A stretch of 63,100 bases of DNA, filler included, from 5 parts of 5 records of this genome joined end to end with filler, not necessarily neighbours in it, one strand, 5' to 3'. Positions 39,368 to 48,613 are shown, numbered from the whole stretch's first letter. Notes: generated by a model not told the origin, from the sequence alone. Program-made: numbers and translations.

Positions 39368-40231
39368 TCAATGCTCAGTGGCACCCTGAAATCCATTCCG
39401 AAAGGCATCAATCGAATCCAGGCAGAAATCAATTGGATTGATTTTTCCAGCTTGGGATTCCGACATGTGCTGTGCCATCAGCAGCTTACTATTTGAGTCG
39501 GAAAGGAGATCAATCACATCCCGAGCATTCTTTGGGCTACTAATTAACGCAGTGTCATGACCGAGCATCCACGCACTAACCAAGTCGTGATCTTTGTAAA
39601 TTTCCAGCTGATTAGAAAACTCATCGAACAGGCGCTCGAAATTTCCAGCCCATTGATATTGTTTGCATATGGTGATTAAGTCGATGGCGTCTTTACCATG
39701 GGTACTTTTTCCCCGATCTTTCCAAGCCATAATTTTCAACAAAGCAATGGCAGGCAAGCTGGCCACCTTCACAACTACACCCGCTTTTAGCTCAATGCTT
39801 ACCGTGGATTGCAATGCATCAAGAAAGCCGGCAACGCTCATAATGACCTGCATGTCAGGGGGCCACGCCAAGCGATCGAACTTATCCTGGACACCGCCAA
39901 TCGGAATTAGATCAATAGAATAGAAATCTTCGGGTGAAGGCGTTTTTTTTCGAAGGCGATGCATGTTGCCCTCAATCGCAATGAAAGCATGTTGTTCACA
40001 CAACATCTTTTTCACCACTTCAAAGCTTTCCCAGTTCTCTACAACAACGGCGAAATCAACATCTCGACTGGCTCTGGAAACAGGTCGACCATAAACCTTT
40101 TCCAGCAAAATGATTCGAGCCATGGCACCAACCATGAATACTTCAACATTCATCTCGTTTGCAGCGCAAACGATGTGTTCAATCACATCCGTTTCGCTGG
40201 GCGTCAGCGGAATCTTCAAGTGCAATATCAT
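39368..40231 (-). CDS. abiEii: AbiEii-type nucleotidyltransferase toxin (type IV TA)
   Basis: FMVGAMAR..RASRDVDFAV; LLKIMAWKDR..KDAID. Confidence 0.8.
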   Translation of the reverse strand: MILHLKIPLTPSETDVIEHIVCAANEMNVEVFMVGAMARIILLEKVYGRPVSRASRDVDFAVVVENWESFEVVKKMLCEQHAFIAIEGNMHRLRKKTPSPEDFYSIDLIPIGGVQDKFDRLAWPPDMQVIMSVAGFLDALQSTVSIELKAGVVVKVASLPAIALLKIMAWKDRGKSTHGKDAIDLITICKQYQWAGNFERLFDEFSNQLEIYKDHDLVSAWMLGHDTALISSPKNARDVIDLLSDSNSKLLMAQHMSESQAGKINPIDFCLDSIDAFRNGFQGATEH

Positions 40232-41262
40232 GACAAGTATTTTTTGAAAAGTAGGTCTGCCGCTTCCAAGTTTCTTGGGTCAAAGCTGCCTAACAAATCG
40301 GCGTACACCAGCAATGGCGGGCACACTGTAGTGCCTGTAAGTGGCCAAAAGGCCTCGAGCAGTTCAACATTACCTTGAGGATCTCGCAACAAGCGATGAT
40401 CACGAATTAACTTCTGTGCGTTGCTTTTCGCGGTATCGGCTGTCAAATAGATGGTGCAGCTACCGGGTCGCAAGTATCCCGTCAAGCGATCGGCCGCCAC
40501 TTCGCCACCCCAAACTCCATCGTAATTCGGAAGGTCGACGTTTTCCCACCAATTCGGCTGCTCTGAGCGATAGCGCCCCAGCAATAATTTGGAGCGCAAG
40601 CGTGTATCGAAATTGACCACCCATTCGTTCTGGAGGCTTTGAGTATTCAACAATTGCCGCCCCAACTTCTTGCTTGCCTTTATATAGCCACGTTCAGTCA
40701 AGTCGCTGAATACAGCACTTACAGTGCCCAATGAAACACCTGTCGATTTGGCAATTTCCCGGAATGGTTTTTGTATAAATTCCGCTTGGGTTAACAAAAC
40801 AAACACCAGGCGCAATGCACTGGAAGTCACCACGCCAGATGACGATGGCTTAAGCAAACTGGCAATACCTTGTGTTAAAGGGTCGGTACGCCCTTCTATA
40901 TAAACGACTAATCCAGGTGCTTGCAAAAAAGCATTGCCATGTGTGTCTAGAAACTGAATACCCATGCTCCGGCACTCGCGTGCCATTTCAGGCGTCATTT
41001 TTCGTGTCACAACAATTTCGCCTGGATGTTGAAGTTCTTTTCCAGTCCGAAGTGCAGCTACTGCACTGCGCCGATCAATATTCTTGAATAAAACCCCGAA
41101 GTCATATGTTTTTTGCTCTACGGTGATTCGAACAATTTGACCCGCGCCTTTTCTGGAGCGAAGCACGGCCTTCAAACCCGTTGATTCCTTTAAGGCATCA
41201 AGAGCGTGTTCCAACAGCAAAACTTGCTGGGCGTCGGTGGCTGGATCAAAAGTGGGCTTCAT
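40228..41262 (-). CDS. abiEi: AbiEi family antitoxin (type IV TA)
   Basis: FLDTHGNAFL; wHTH REIAKSTGVSLGTVS; WGGEVAA; PLLVYADL; start placed at ATG 41262. Confidence 0.8.
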   Translation of the reverse strand: MKPTFDPATDAQQVLLLEHALDALKESTGLKAVLRSRKGAGQIVRITVEQKTYDFGVLFKNIDRRSAVAALRTGKELQHPGEIVVTRKMTPEMARECRSMGIQFLDTHGNAFLQAPGLVVYIEGRTDPLTQGIASLLKPSSSGVVTSSALRLVFVLLTQAEFIQKPFREIAKSTGVSLGTVSAVFSDLTERGYIKASKKLGRQLLNTQSLQNEWVVNFDTRLRSKLLLGRYRSEQPNWWENVDLPNYDGVWGGEVAADRLTGYLRPGSCTIYLTADTAKSNAQKLIRDHRLLRDPQGNVELLEAFWPLTGTTVCPPLLVYADLLGSFDPRNLEAADLLFKKYLS

Positions 41263-41278
41263 GTTCAATAAATTCAGC

Positions 41279-41297
41279 TGTTCGCGTAACGTGAACA
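41279..41297. promoter_or_regulatory. Inverted repeat, probable AbiEi operator
   Basis: TGTTCGCG-TAA-CGTGAACA, with extra TGTTCA/TGAACA half-sites nearby. Confidence 0.5.
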
Positions 41298-41325
41298 TAC
41301 AATAATAATGAACAAATTTCAACTG

Positions 41326-41730
41326 CTAGTCCGCATGAGCTACACAAGATTCCTCGCTACTTTCGTAAGCGCGTTTCGTGTTTTCGTCATTCACCCAAGC
41401 CAGAACAATTATTTTAGCTGCCGCGTGGTAACGAAAAAACAGGCGGTATTGTTGAAAAAATTTGGCTCTGAACCAGTGTTTGCGATCCTCCCCCAAGGTG
41501 CCCCCTTGGCGATACTCGGGCTTTGAAGGGTCTTGCGGAATAATGTTGAAAGCCAGGTTAACAATGGCGGCCAGCCGTTTGCTGGCGTTTTTCTTGCTGT
41601 ACCCTTCGGGGTCTTTTTGTTTAAGCGCTTGAACTTGTTGCTCCAGGCTTTCAAGTTGGGCAATGAACAGGGGGTGTGCAAAAACTGTCCAGCCATGGAT
41701 TGCCAATGCAAGTGCATTACCCCGATCCAT
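41326..41730 (-). pseudogene. yhaV: YhaV-family toxin, apparently C-terminally truncated, with no prlF
   Basis: GWTVFAHPLF; WFRAKFFQQYRLFFRY; AWVNDENTKRAYES, then an abrupt unrelated tail. Confidence 0.7.
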
Positions 41731-41877
41731 GCAGCACTGTGAGGGTCGTCCCGCCGCACCACCATGGCGGTAAGGTCTAACTGTTTTTCAGAATTACCTA
41801 TAAAAAATAATCAAAATTCATGCGATGTAAATGTTTTTCATGGCATACTGATTTTTGGCTATTGGTAATCAAAATTC

Positions 41878-43425
41878 ATGAAATCAGCTATTTATAATTG
41901 TTTTTCAGAAAGAATAAGCGTTTTTCAGGAGTTTCCGCTTCTGCCGCAGGGGAGCACCTTGGCCGGTTACTCTGCTTTGATTCAAGCGCATGGCCTGAAA
42001 GTACCCGCCCCCGACTCACTTTGTGCAATTAGCCCAAAACATGAAGTGACGAATAAAGGTGGTTGGCAGCTATACACCCCCAGGTACACACCTGGGGACA
42101 CCTTACAAGCGCACCTTACCTTTGCCCTGAAGTACGAAGGATTGAACCTGCATGTTTTGCATGCCCTGTTCAGCGCGATTAAGCCTGATGAAATTACCAG
42201 AATTGTTCAATCGGAACCGACTGGTTCGTACAGTCGGCGAATTTGGTTTCTGTACGAATGGTTAACAGGGAGCAAGCTGCCACTTGATGATGTAGCTACC
42301 GGTAACTTTGTTGAGCTGATCAATAGCAAACTTCAATACCCAGGGCCTGCCAGGGATTCAAAACGCCACCGTGTACGCAATAACCTGCCGGGCACGCAGG
42401 CATTCTGCCCGTTGGTACGGCGAACAGAAACGCTTGATGAACTGATTACCCAGAATTTGTCTTCTGTGGCTTCTCGGCAAATGGGCAAAACACACGGGGA
42501 TTTGTTGTCTCGCGCTGCGGCTTTCCTTCTTTTGAAAGATTCGAAAGCTTCTTATCACATTGAGGGCGAATCCCCGCCGCACAATCGGCTTGAACGTTGG
42601 GGCAAGGTGATAGGGCGTGCCGGGCAACGCAAGCTAAGTATCGAGGAATTGGAGTTCTTGCAGGATGAGGTAATACCGGATCAGCGATTCATAACACCTG
42701 GCTTAAGAAACGAAGGGGGGTTTATTGGTGCGCACGACCGCATCACAGGCATGCCGCTGCCAGACCATATTTCAGCAAACCCCAAAGATCTTGATTCTTT
42801 AATGGGTGGAATGATCGAGACCTACGCGCTTTTGCTGAACAGCGAATACAACCCCGTACTAACAGCCGCGCTGATTGCATTTGGTTTTGTGTTTATTCAT
42901 CCGTTTGAAGATGGCAATGGTCGTATTCATCGATATTTGATTCACCATGTTTTGGCTGAAACAGGCTTTGTGCCCAAGGGGCTGGTTTTTCCGGTTTCAG
43001 CTGTAATTCTTGAGCGTATCGAGGCGTACAAAAAAATACTGGAGCATTTTTCAAAGCGACGGCTGGGTTTGATCGACTGGCGCCCCTCGGTGAAGAACAA
43101 TGTTGAGGTGTTAAATGACACCCGAGACTTGTATCGGTTTTTTGATGCAACAAAGCAGGCTGAGTTTCTGTTTGAGTGTGTGGCCGAGACTGTGAACATA
43201 ACCTTGCCTGCCGAGGTTGATTATTTGCAGAAGTACGATCAGCTGAATTCCTTCATCAAAAATTTTCTGGACATGCCCGACAACAAAGTAGATTTGTTAA
43301 TTCGCTTTCTTGTTCAGAACGGTGGGCGCTTGCCCAAACGCGCAATCGGCAAGGAGTTTTCCGGGCTGACAGAAAATGAACGCCAGGCAATTGAGGCGCG
43401 TTATTTGGAAATTTACTCGGGTTGA
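41878..43425 (+). CDS. Fic family protein
   Basis: HPFEDGNGRIHR Fic motif. Confidence 0.92.
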   Translation: MKSAIYNCFSERISVFQEFPLLPQGSTLAGYSALIQAHGLKVPAPDSLCAISPKHEVTNKGGWQLYTPRYTPGDTLQAHLTFALKYEGLNLHVLHALFSAIKPDEITRIVQSEPTGSYSRRIWFLYEWLTGSKLPLDDVATGNFVELINSKLQYPGPARDSKRHRVRNNLPGTQAFCPLVRRTETLDELITQNLSSVASRQMGKTHGDLLSRAAAFLLLKDSKASYHIEGESPPHNRLERWGKVIGRAGQRKLSIEELEFLQDEVIPDQRFITPGLRNEGGFIGAHDRITGMPLPDHISANPKDLDSLMGGMIETYALLLNSEYNPVLTAALIAFGFVFIHPFEDGNGRIHRYLIHHVLAETGFVPKGLVFPVSAVILERIEAYKKILEHFSKRRLGLIDWRPSVKNNVEVLNDTRDLYRFFDATKQAEFLFECVAETVNITLPAEVDYLQKYDQLNSFIKNFLDMPDNKVDLLIRFLVQNGGRLPKRAIGKEFSGLTENERQAIEARYLEIYSG

Positions 43426-43466
43426 GAAAATAATTGCAGGCGTTTACTGAAGTGCCTCGGCTTCTG

Positions 43467-44162
43467 TTACAGGCCTCGACGCTGGCAGTACTTGGTCAAG
43501 CTCATCACCTCCCTGCGTACAGTACTGGTTTTGCGCATCACATTGGCCGTGGTCGGGCACAATAAATTGCCTACTTCGAAAATGCGCTTGTGAGCATCAA
43601 GCAAATCAAGATGAAAGATAGGCTCATGATGGGCAACTCGGTTTCGTAGCTGCCTCAGTTTTTCCAATTGCTGATTAAAAGTGGCCCGCTTGGGGGCCTT
43701 ACGTGGGGCAAATGCCTTATGCAGGCAGGGCACCCAAAGCTTGTGTTCCAACTTTGAGTCGGTCAGTTGCAGCCAGAACCCGAAGGTTAGTTCAGCGATC
43801 ACCTTGCCGGGTGGAAGTGCTTGGTTCTTGGCCCAATGCCTACCTGCATCTTTTTGGGCTTTCAGTAAAATGGCATGGCAGCGACCATTAACCAGAGCAA
43901 GAAACGAAACCTCCTTGAACCACTCGGAGCCGAATTTGGCCTCCAGCGCTTGATCAAACTTGTTGCGCAGTCCTACTTCGATGTAGTGCAGGTCAGTCAT
44001 TACGGCTGCACTTATCTTGGTGTTGAAAACATAGAGGCGCAGGGCCTGCTGTAAATTGTTTTTGGAGGCATGCAGGTATTTGCTGAGGCGAGGACGAGTC
44101 AGGGTGCCAGCCATGTGGCTGAGGCTGCAGGCGTCTAGCGCCGGGAACTTCATACTCGTCAC
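43467..44162 (-). CDS. Abi_2 (AbiD/AbiF-like) HEPN-domain protein
   Basis: RLSKY..ALRLY; IEVGLRN; ELTFGFW; LRNRVAHHEPI (RxxxxH); AAGGA RBS 7 nt before GTG. Confidence 0.85.
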   Translation of the reverse strand: MTSMKFPALDACSLSHMAGTLTRPRLSKYLHASKNNLQQALRLYVFNTKISAAVMTDLHYIEVGLRNKFDQALEAKFGSEWFKEVSFLALVNGRCHAILLKAQKDAGRHWAKNQALPPGKVIAELTFGFWLQLTDSKLEHKLWVPCLHKAFAPRKAPKRATFNQQLEKLRQLRNRVAHHEPIFHLDLLDAHKRIFEVGNLLCPTTANVMRKTSTVRREVMSLTKYCQRRGL

Positions 44163-44199
44163 GTTCTAATCCTTAGTTTCTGTTTGTTATTGCCCGGAC

Positions 44200-44228
44200 T
44201 TGCTCAAAGATGGGGGATGGGGTAACAT
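44200..44228 (+). promoter_or_regulatory. Sigma70 promoter driving the candidate sRNA
   Basis: TTGCTC-17 nt-TAACAT. Confidence 0.6.
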
Positions 44229-44234
44229 TAAGTC

Positions 44235-44291
44235 AAAGCAAGCCCTCGGTGTGACCTCTGCGTAAGCATGCCCCCGGGGGCATCGTTTTTT
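44235..44291 (+). ncRNA. Candidate structured small RNA, possible Abi_2 antitoxin
   Basis: GCCCTCGG/CCGGGGGC stem, inner UGC-GUAA-GCA hairpin, U6 tail, no ORF, promoter directly upstream. Confidence 0.55.
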
Positions 44292-44423
44292 CAAATTCCC
44301 CGAATACATCGCCCCACATTACTAATTCCCCCACGTGTTTCAATCCGAAGCAGCATGTTCAAGCTGTGGTTTGGGTAATTATACTTCTGAGCACATCCCC
44401 ACAGCTTCCACAGTAGAGGTACC

Positions 44424-44523
44424 NNNNNNNNNNNNNNNNNNNNNNNNNNNNNNNNNNNNNNNNNNNNTTAATTAATTAANNNNNNNNNNNNNNNNNNNNN
44501 NNNNNNNNNNNNNNNNNNNNNNN
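44424..44523. other. Artificial contig linker
   Basis: N44-TTAATTAATTAA-N44. Confidence 0.98.
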
Positions 44524-44581
44524 TGCAAGTCATTGAAGACGCTACGTCACCTTTGTGTCCACGCGTGGACACCCGCACGGA

Positions 44582-44803
44582 TCACCCCTTGCGGATCGTC
44601 CAGATGATGGCCTTGCCCGCCTCTTCATGCCCCTCCAGATCATGCCCCGCCTCGGCACAGAAATGCGGCACATCCACCACGGCGGCAGGGTCGTCCGTGT
44701 GCAGGATCAACACCTCGCCAGAGGCCAGCCCCTGCAGCCTTTTGCGGGCCTTCAGGACAGGAAGCGGGCACAGCAGCCCGAGCGCGTCAAGTTCATGGGT
44801 CAT
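44582..44803 (-). CDS. TusA/SirA family sulfurtransferase
   Basis: LDALGLLCPLPVLKA. Confidence 0.9.
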   Translation of the reverse strand: MTHELDALGLLCPLPVLKARKRLQGLASGEVLILHTDDPAAVVDVPHFCAEAGHDLEGHEEAGKAIIWTIRKG

Positions 44804-44912
44804 GGTCCGGATGTAGACCCTTGCCCCGCCAAAGAAAAGCGCGACCGCAGCGCACGCGGATGTGACACAGCTGCGAGGTGACGCCGCCCGTGCTTTCGCC
44901 TAAGACCCGAAT

Positions 44913-45665
44913 ATGTTCGGAATCGAAATCATAGACGCATCGCTCTTGCCCGCCATGTTCGTGGCGCTGTTGGCCGGGGTCATCTCTTTTCTCAGCCCCT
45001 GTGTGCTGCCGGTGGTGCCGCCCTATCTGGCCTACATGAGCGGCGTCTCCGTGACCGATCTTGGCACCCGCGACGGTGGCCGGAACAAGGCGATGCTGCC
45101 CGCCGTCTTCTTTGTGCTGGGGCTGTCCACTGTCTTTCTCTTGATGGGCTTTGCTGCCTCCGCCGTCGGGATCGCCTTTCTTCAGTATCAGGACTGGCTG
45201 AACACCGCCGCCGGGATCGTCGTGATGATCTTTGGCGCGCATTTTGTCGGCGTCTACCGCATTGGTTTTCTGGACCGTGAGGCACGGCTGGATGCGGGGG
45301 ATCAGGGCGGGTCGGCCTTTGGCGCGTATATTCTGGGCCTTGCATTTGCTTTCGGCTGGACGCCCTGCATCGGCCCGCAACTGGGCGCGATCCTCAGCCT
45401 TGCCGCGTCCGAGGCGTCGGTGGCGCGTGGAACATTGTTGCTGGCGGTCTATGCCGTGGGGCTGGGGGTGCCGTTCCTGCTGGTCGCGGCCTTCTTGCCG
45501 CGCCTGACCGGGGTCATGGGCTGGATGAAACGGCACATGGAACAGATCGAGCGCGCCATGGGCCTGCTATTGTGGACCATTGGCCTGCTGATGCTGACGG
45601 GCGGATTTTCGTCGCTGTCCTTCTGGCTGTTAGAGACCTTTCCGGCGTTAGCCGCTCTGGGTTGA
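44913..45665 (+). CDS. ccdA: Cytochrome c biogenesis protein CcdA
   Basis: SFLSPCVLP; FGWTPCIGP. Confidence 0.92.
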   Translation: MFGIEIIDASLLPAMFVALLAGVISFLSPCVLPVVPPYLAYMSGVSVTDLGTRDGGRNKAMLPAVFFVLGLSTVFLLMGFAASAVGIAFLQYQDWLNTAAGIVVMIFGAHFVGVYRIGFLDREARLDAGDQGGSAFGAYILGLAFAFGWTPCIGPQLGAILSLAASEASVARGTLLLAVYAVGLGVPFLLVAAFLPRLTGVMGWMKRHMEQIERAMGLLLWTIGLLMLTGGFSSLSFWLLETFPALAALG

Positions 45666-45872
45666 TCTGCGGTCAGCGCCGCTCGTGCAGCGCCGCCAAG
45701 GGGGAAATGCGCGCGGCCAGCCAGGCGGGATAATACGCCGCGGTCGGGCCGACAAGACAGGCTCAGCCTGTCGCCAGCACGACAGTTCCTGCAGGAACTG
45801 CGCACGCCCGGACGCCGCCTTACTCTTGCCGAAAATCCAGCGTACCCTGATCGCAACAAAGAGGTGCGAAAG

Positions 45873-47138
45873 ATGGGCACTGGACAGACTGAAAAACCGC
45901 AGGACGTGTCACGGCGCAGGGTGTTCTACATCCCCGGCTATGATCCGATTCATCCCCGCCGCTACCGCGAACTTTACCGCAAGGAGGGCGCGGCTCAGGC
46001 GCAGGTGTCCGGCTATCAGATCGACCTCAGCCCCAAGCAGACGGGTGGTCTGTATGGCTGGCACGTCGTCAGCGCGATGGACGGGCAGGCAGTCACGGCG
46101 GATATTGAGGTTCTGGTCTGGTCCGACATCGTGCGCAACAGCATGTCCACCTCGATCCCCGCGACCTATGCGCAACTGGTCCGCACCGCCTGGGAGTACA
46201 TTGCCACCGGCGCGCTGCGACGGTTGATGCTGCTGCGCAAGGGGCCGGTGATTGCGGCGCTCTATCCGATCGGGATGCTGCTGTTGCAACTGACCCTTGC
46301 GCTGTTGCTGGGTTGGGCCGGGTTTGTCGTTATCAACCGGCTTGCGGCGGCTCTCTCGGAATGGCTTGGGGTGGGTCTTGGGGCGGCGGCGACGGTTGCG
46401 GGCCTTGTGGTCTGGGCGGTCACCACCTGGGCTCTGCTGCGCTGGTTCAAGAAGAAGGACGGCAAGATTTTTGCCTACTACCTGATGCACGATTATGCCT
46501 ATTCCGCCCGCTATCACGGTGCCAATCCGCCAGAGTTAGAGGCGCGGATGGCGGATTTTGGTGAGATTATTGCCAAGGCGTTGACCGATGATGTGGATGA
46601 GGTGCTGGTGGTGGGGCATTCGTCCGGCGCTCATCTGGCGGTGTCGATCCTTGCCGACCTGATCCGCGCGGGTCGCGTTCCGGCGAACGGGCCGAAACTG
46701 GCCTTTCTTAGTCTGGGGCAGGTGGTGCCAATGGTGTCCTTCTTGCGCGGCGCGCATCGTTTGCGCGCCGATCTGCGATATTTGAGTGCGCAAGACGCGC
46801 TGACATGGGTCGATGTGACTGCACCGGGCGATGGCTGTGCCTTTGCGTTATGCGATCCGGTGGCTGTCTCTGGCGTGGCACCCGCCGACAAACGCTGGCC
46901 ATTGGTGTTTTCGGCGCAGTTCACCCGGTCCCTGTCCCCCGAACGCTGGAAGGCGCTGCGGTGGAAGTTCTTTCGCCTGCATTTCCAGTATCTCTGCGCC
47001 TTTGATCGGCCGCTGGACTATGACTATTTTCGCATCACCGCCGGGCCGCTGTCGTTGGCCACCCGCTATGCGGACCGCCCACCATCAAACAGCCGGATTG
47101 ACGTGCCGGTGTCAAAATACACGAGCATTGCGGCATGA
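45873..47138 (+). CDS. Membrane-anchored alpha/beta-hydrolase-like protein
   Basis: RRVFYIPGYDP; two TM segments; VVGHSSG; ATGA overlap with the P450. Confidence 0.7.
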   Translation: MGTGQTEKPQDVSRRRVFYIPGYDPIHPRRYRELYRKEGAAQAQVSGYQIDLSPKQTGGLYGWHVVSAMDGQAVTADIEVLVWSDIVRNSMSTSIPATYAQLVRTAWEYIATGALRRLMLLRKGPVIAALYPIGMLLLQLTLALLLGWAGFVVINRLAAALSEWLGVGLGAAATVAGLVVWAVTTWALLRWFKKKDGKIFAYYLMHDYAYSARYHGANPPELEARMADFGEIIAKALTDDVDEVLVVGHSSGAHLAVSILADLIRAGRVPANGPKLAFLSLGQVVPMVSFLRGAHRLRADLRYLSAQDALTWVDVTAPGDGCAFALCDPVAVSGVAPADKRWPLVFSAQFTRSLSPERWKALRWKFFRLHFQYLCAFDRPLDYDYFRITAGPLSLATRYADRPPSNSRIDVPVSKYTSIAA

Positions 47139-48484
47139 TCCCTCCGAAACCGGCGGTGCGGCCTGATCGGGTTTCGCTGTGGCGCTATGTCAAACTGTTC
47201 AGGCAGGACATTCTGTCGGCGCAACCCGCGCGGCTGTACCGCGCCAAGATGGCAGAATTCCGCACGCCGTTTTTTCGGTCCTTCCTGCTCAACCAGCCCG
47301 ATCTGGTGAAGACTGTCCTGAAGGAGCGCCCGATGGATTTCCCCAAATCGGGCCGCATCAGCGAAGGGTTGCGCCCGCTGCTGGGCAATTCGGTGTTCCT
47401 ATCCAATGGCGCCGCATGGCAGCGGCAGCGGCGGATCATCGACCCCGCCTTTGAGGGCGGACGCCTGCGCGAAACCTATCCTGCGATGTGGGCGGCGGCG
47501 CAATCGGCGCTGGACCGGCTGGCGACCAAGGCAGGACAGGACGTCGAGGTTGAAGAGATCGCCAGCCATGCGGCGGCGGACGTGATCTTTCGCACGCTGT
47601 TTTCCATCCCGATCGAGGATGAGACGGCACAAGAGGTGTTTCACGAATTTCGCGCCTATCAGCGCACGCAGCCGATTCTGAACCTGGCCGCCTTTCTGCC
47701 GGTCCCGCGCTGGATGCCCCGTTTCTTTCGCCGGGACACCAAGGCGGCGGCACGGCGCATCCGGACCCTGATCACCCGGCTGACAGAGGCGCGTCTTGCC
47801 GCAATTGACGCAGGCACCGCGCCTGACGATCTGGCCACCAAGATCATGACCACACGCGACCCTGAAACGGGGCAAAGGTTTACTGCCGAGGAAATGGTCG
47901 ATCAGGTCGCGATCTTTTTCCTTGCGGGTCATGAAACCAGCGCCTCGGCGCTTGGCTGGGCCTTGTACCTGATGGCAACGCATCCGGAATGGCAGGACAA
48001 AGTGGCGACTGAGGCGCAGGCGCTCCGAAGCTGCGCGTTTTCCGACATCTCTAAACTGCGGATCAGCCGAGATGTGTTCCGCGAGACGTTGCGGCTATAC
48101 CCGCCGGTGCCGATGATGGTGCGTGAGGCGACATGCCCGGAACGGTTCCGCGATCGTGACATCCCCAAGGGGTCACAGATGGTGCTCAGCCCGTGGCATC
48201 TGCACCGGCATGAGGGGCTGTGGGACAACCCGGACGGGTTTGACCCCGGACGCTGGCAGACCGAGAACGGCAAGACCTGCGGGCGCGAGGCCTATATGCC
48301 GTTCTCTGCCGGGCCGCGGGTCTGCACGGGGGCGGGATTCGCCATGGTCGAAGGGGTGCTGCTGTTGTCGCTGCTGCTGCGCGACCTGCGCGTCACGCCG
48401 GTGGCGGGTAAGGTGCCGGTGCCGGAGGCGCATCTGACAGTGCGCGCCCGCGACGGGATCTGGTTGAGGATCGACCGGCGGTGA
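47135..48484 (+). CDS. Cytochrome P450
   Basis: AGHETS; ETLRLYPP; PFSAGPRVCTG. Confidence 0.95.
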   Translation: MIPPKPAVRPDRVSLWRYVKLFRQDILSAQPARLYRAKMAEFRTPFFRSFLLNQPDLVKTVLKERPMDFPKSGRISEGLRPLLGNSVFLSNGAAWQRQRRIIDPAFEGGRLRETYPAMWAAAQSALDRLATKAGQDVEVEEIASHAAADVIFRTLFSIPIEDETAQEVFHEFRAYQRTQPILNLAAFLPVPRWMPRFFRRDTKAAARRIRTLITRLTEARLAAIDAGTAPDDLATKIMTTRDPETGQRFTAEEMVDQVAIFFLAGHETSASALGWALYLMATHPEWQDKVATEAQALRSCAFSDISKLRISRDVFRETLRLYPPVPMMVREATCPERFRDRDIPKGSQMVLSPWHLHRHEGLWDNPDGFDPGRWQTENGKTCGREAYMPFSAGPRVCTGAGFAMVEGVLLLSLLLRDLRVTPVAGKVPVPEAHLTVRARDGIWLRIDRR

Positions 48485-48613
48485 TCCGTTTTTTGCCGAG
48501 CACTCTCCTCCACGTCACAGTTAGCGTTATCAGGTCAGACGCCCACTATACCGGTCCGGCCCCCTGCGGTATCGACAGTGCAAAAGCCTTTCATCTCATC
48601 ATACGAGGGTCTC

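Noticed and set aside
44361-44407. AAGCTGTGG/CCACAGCTT inverted repeat around a minus-strand TATAAT as the Abi_2 promoter/operator
   Set aside because: The repeat is real, but no -35 element sits at the right spacing and the contig ends 16 nt later, so no function can be assigned.
44524-44540. CAAGTCATTGA motif at the contig start as a possible att/recombination site
   Set aside because: Single short occurrence at a contig edge; no tRNA or integrase is visible.
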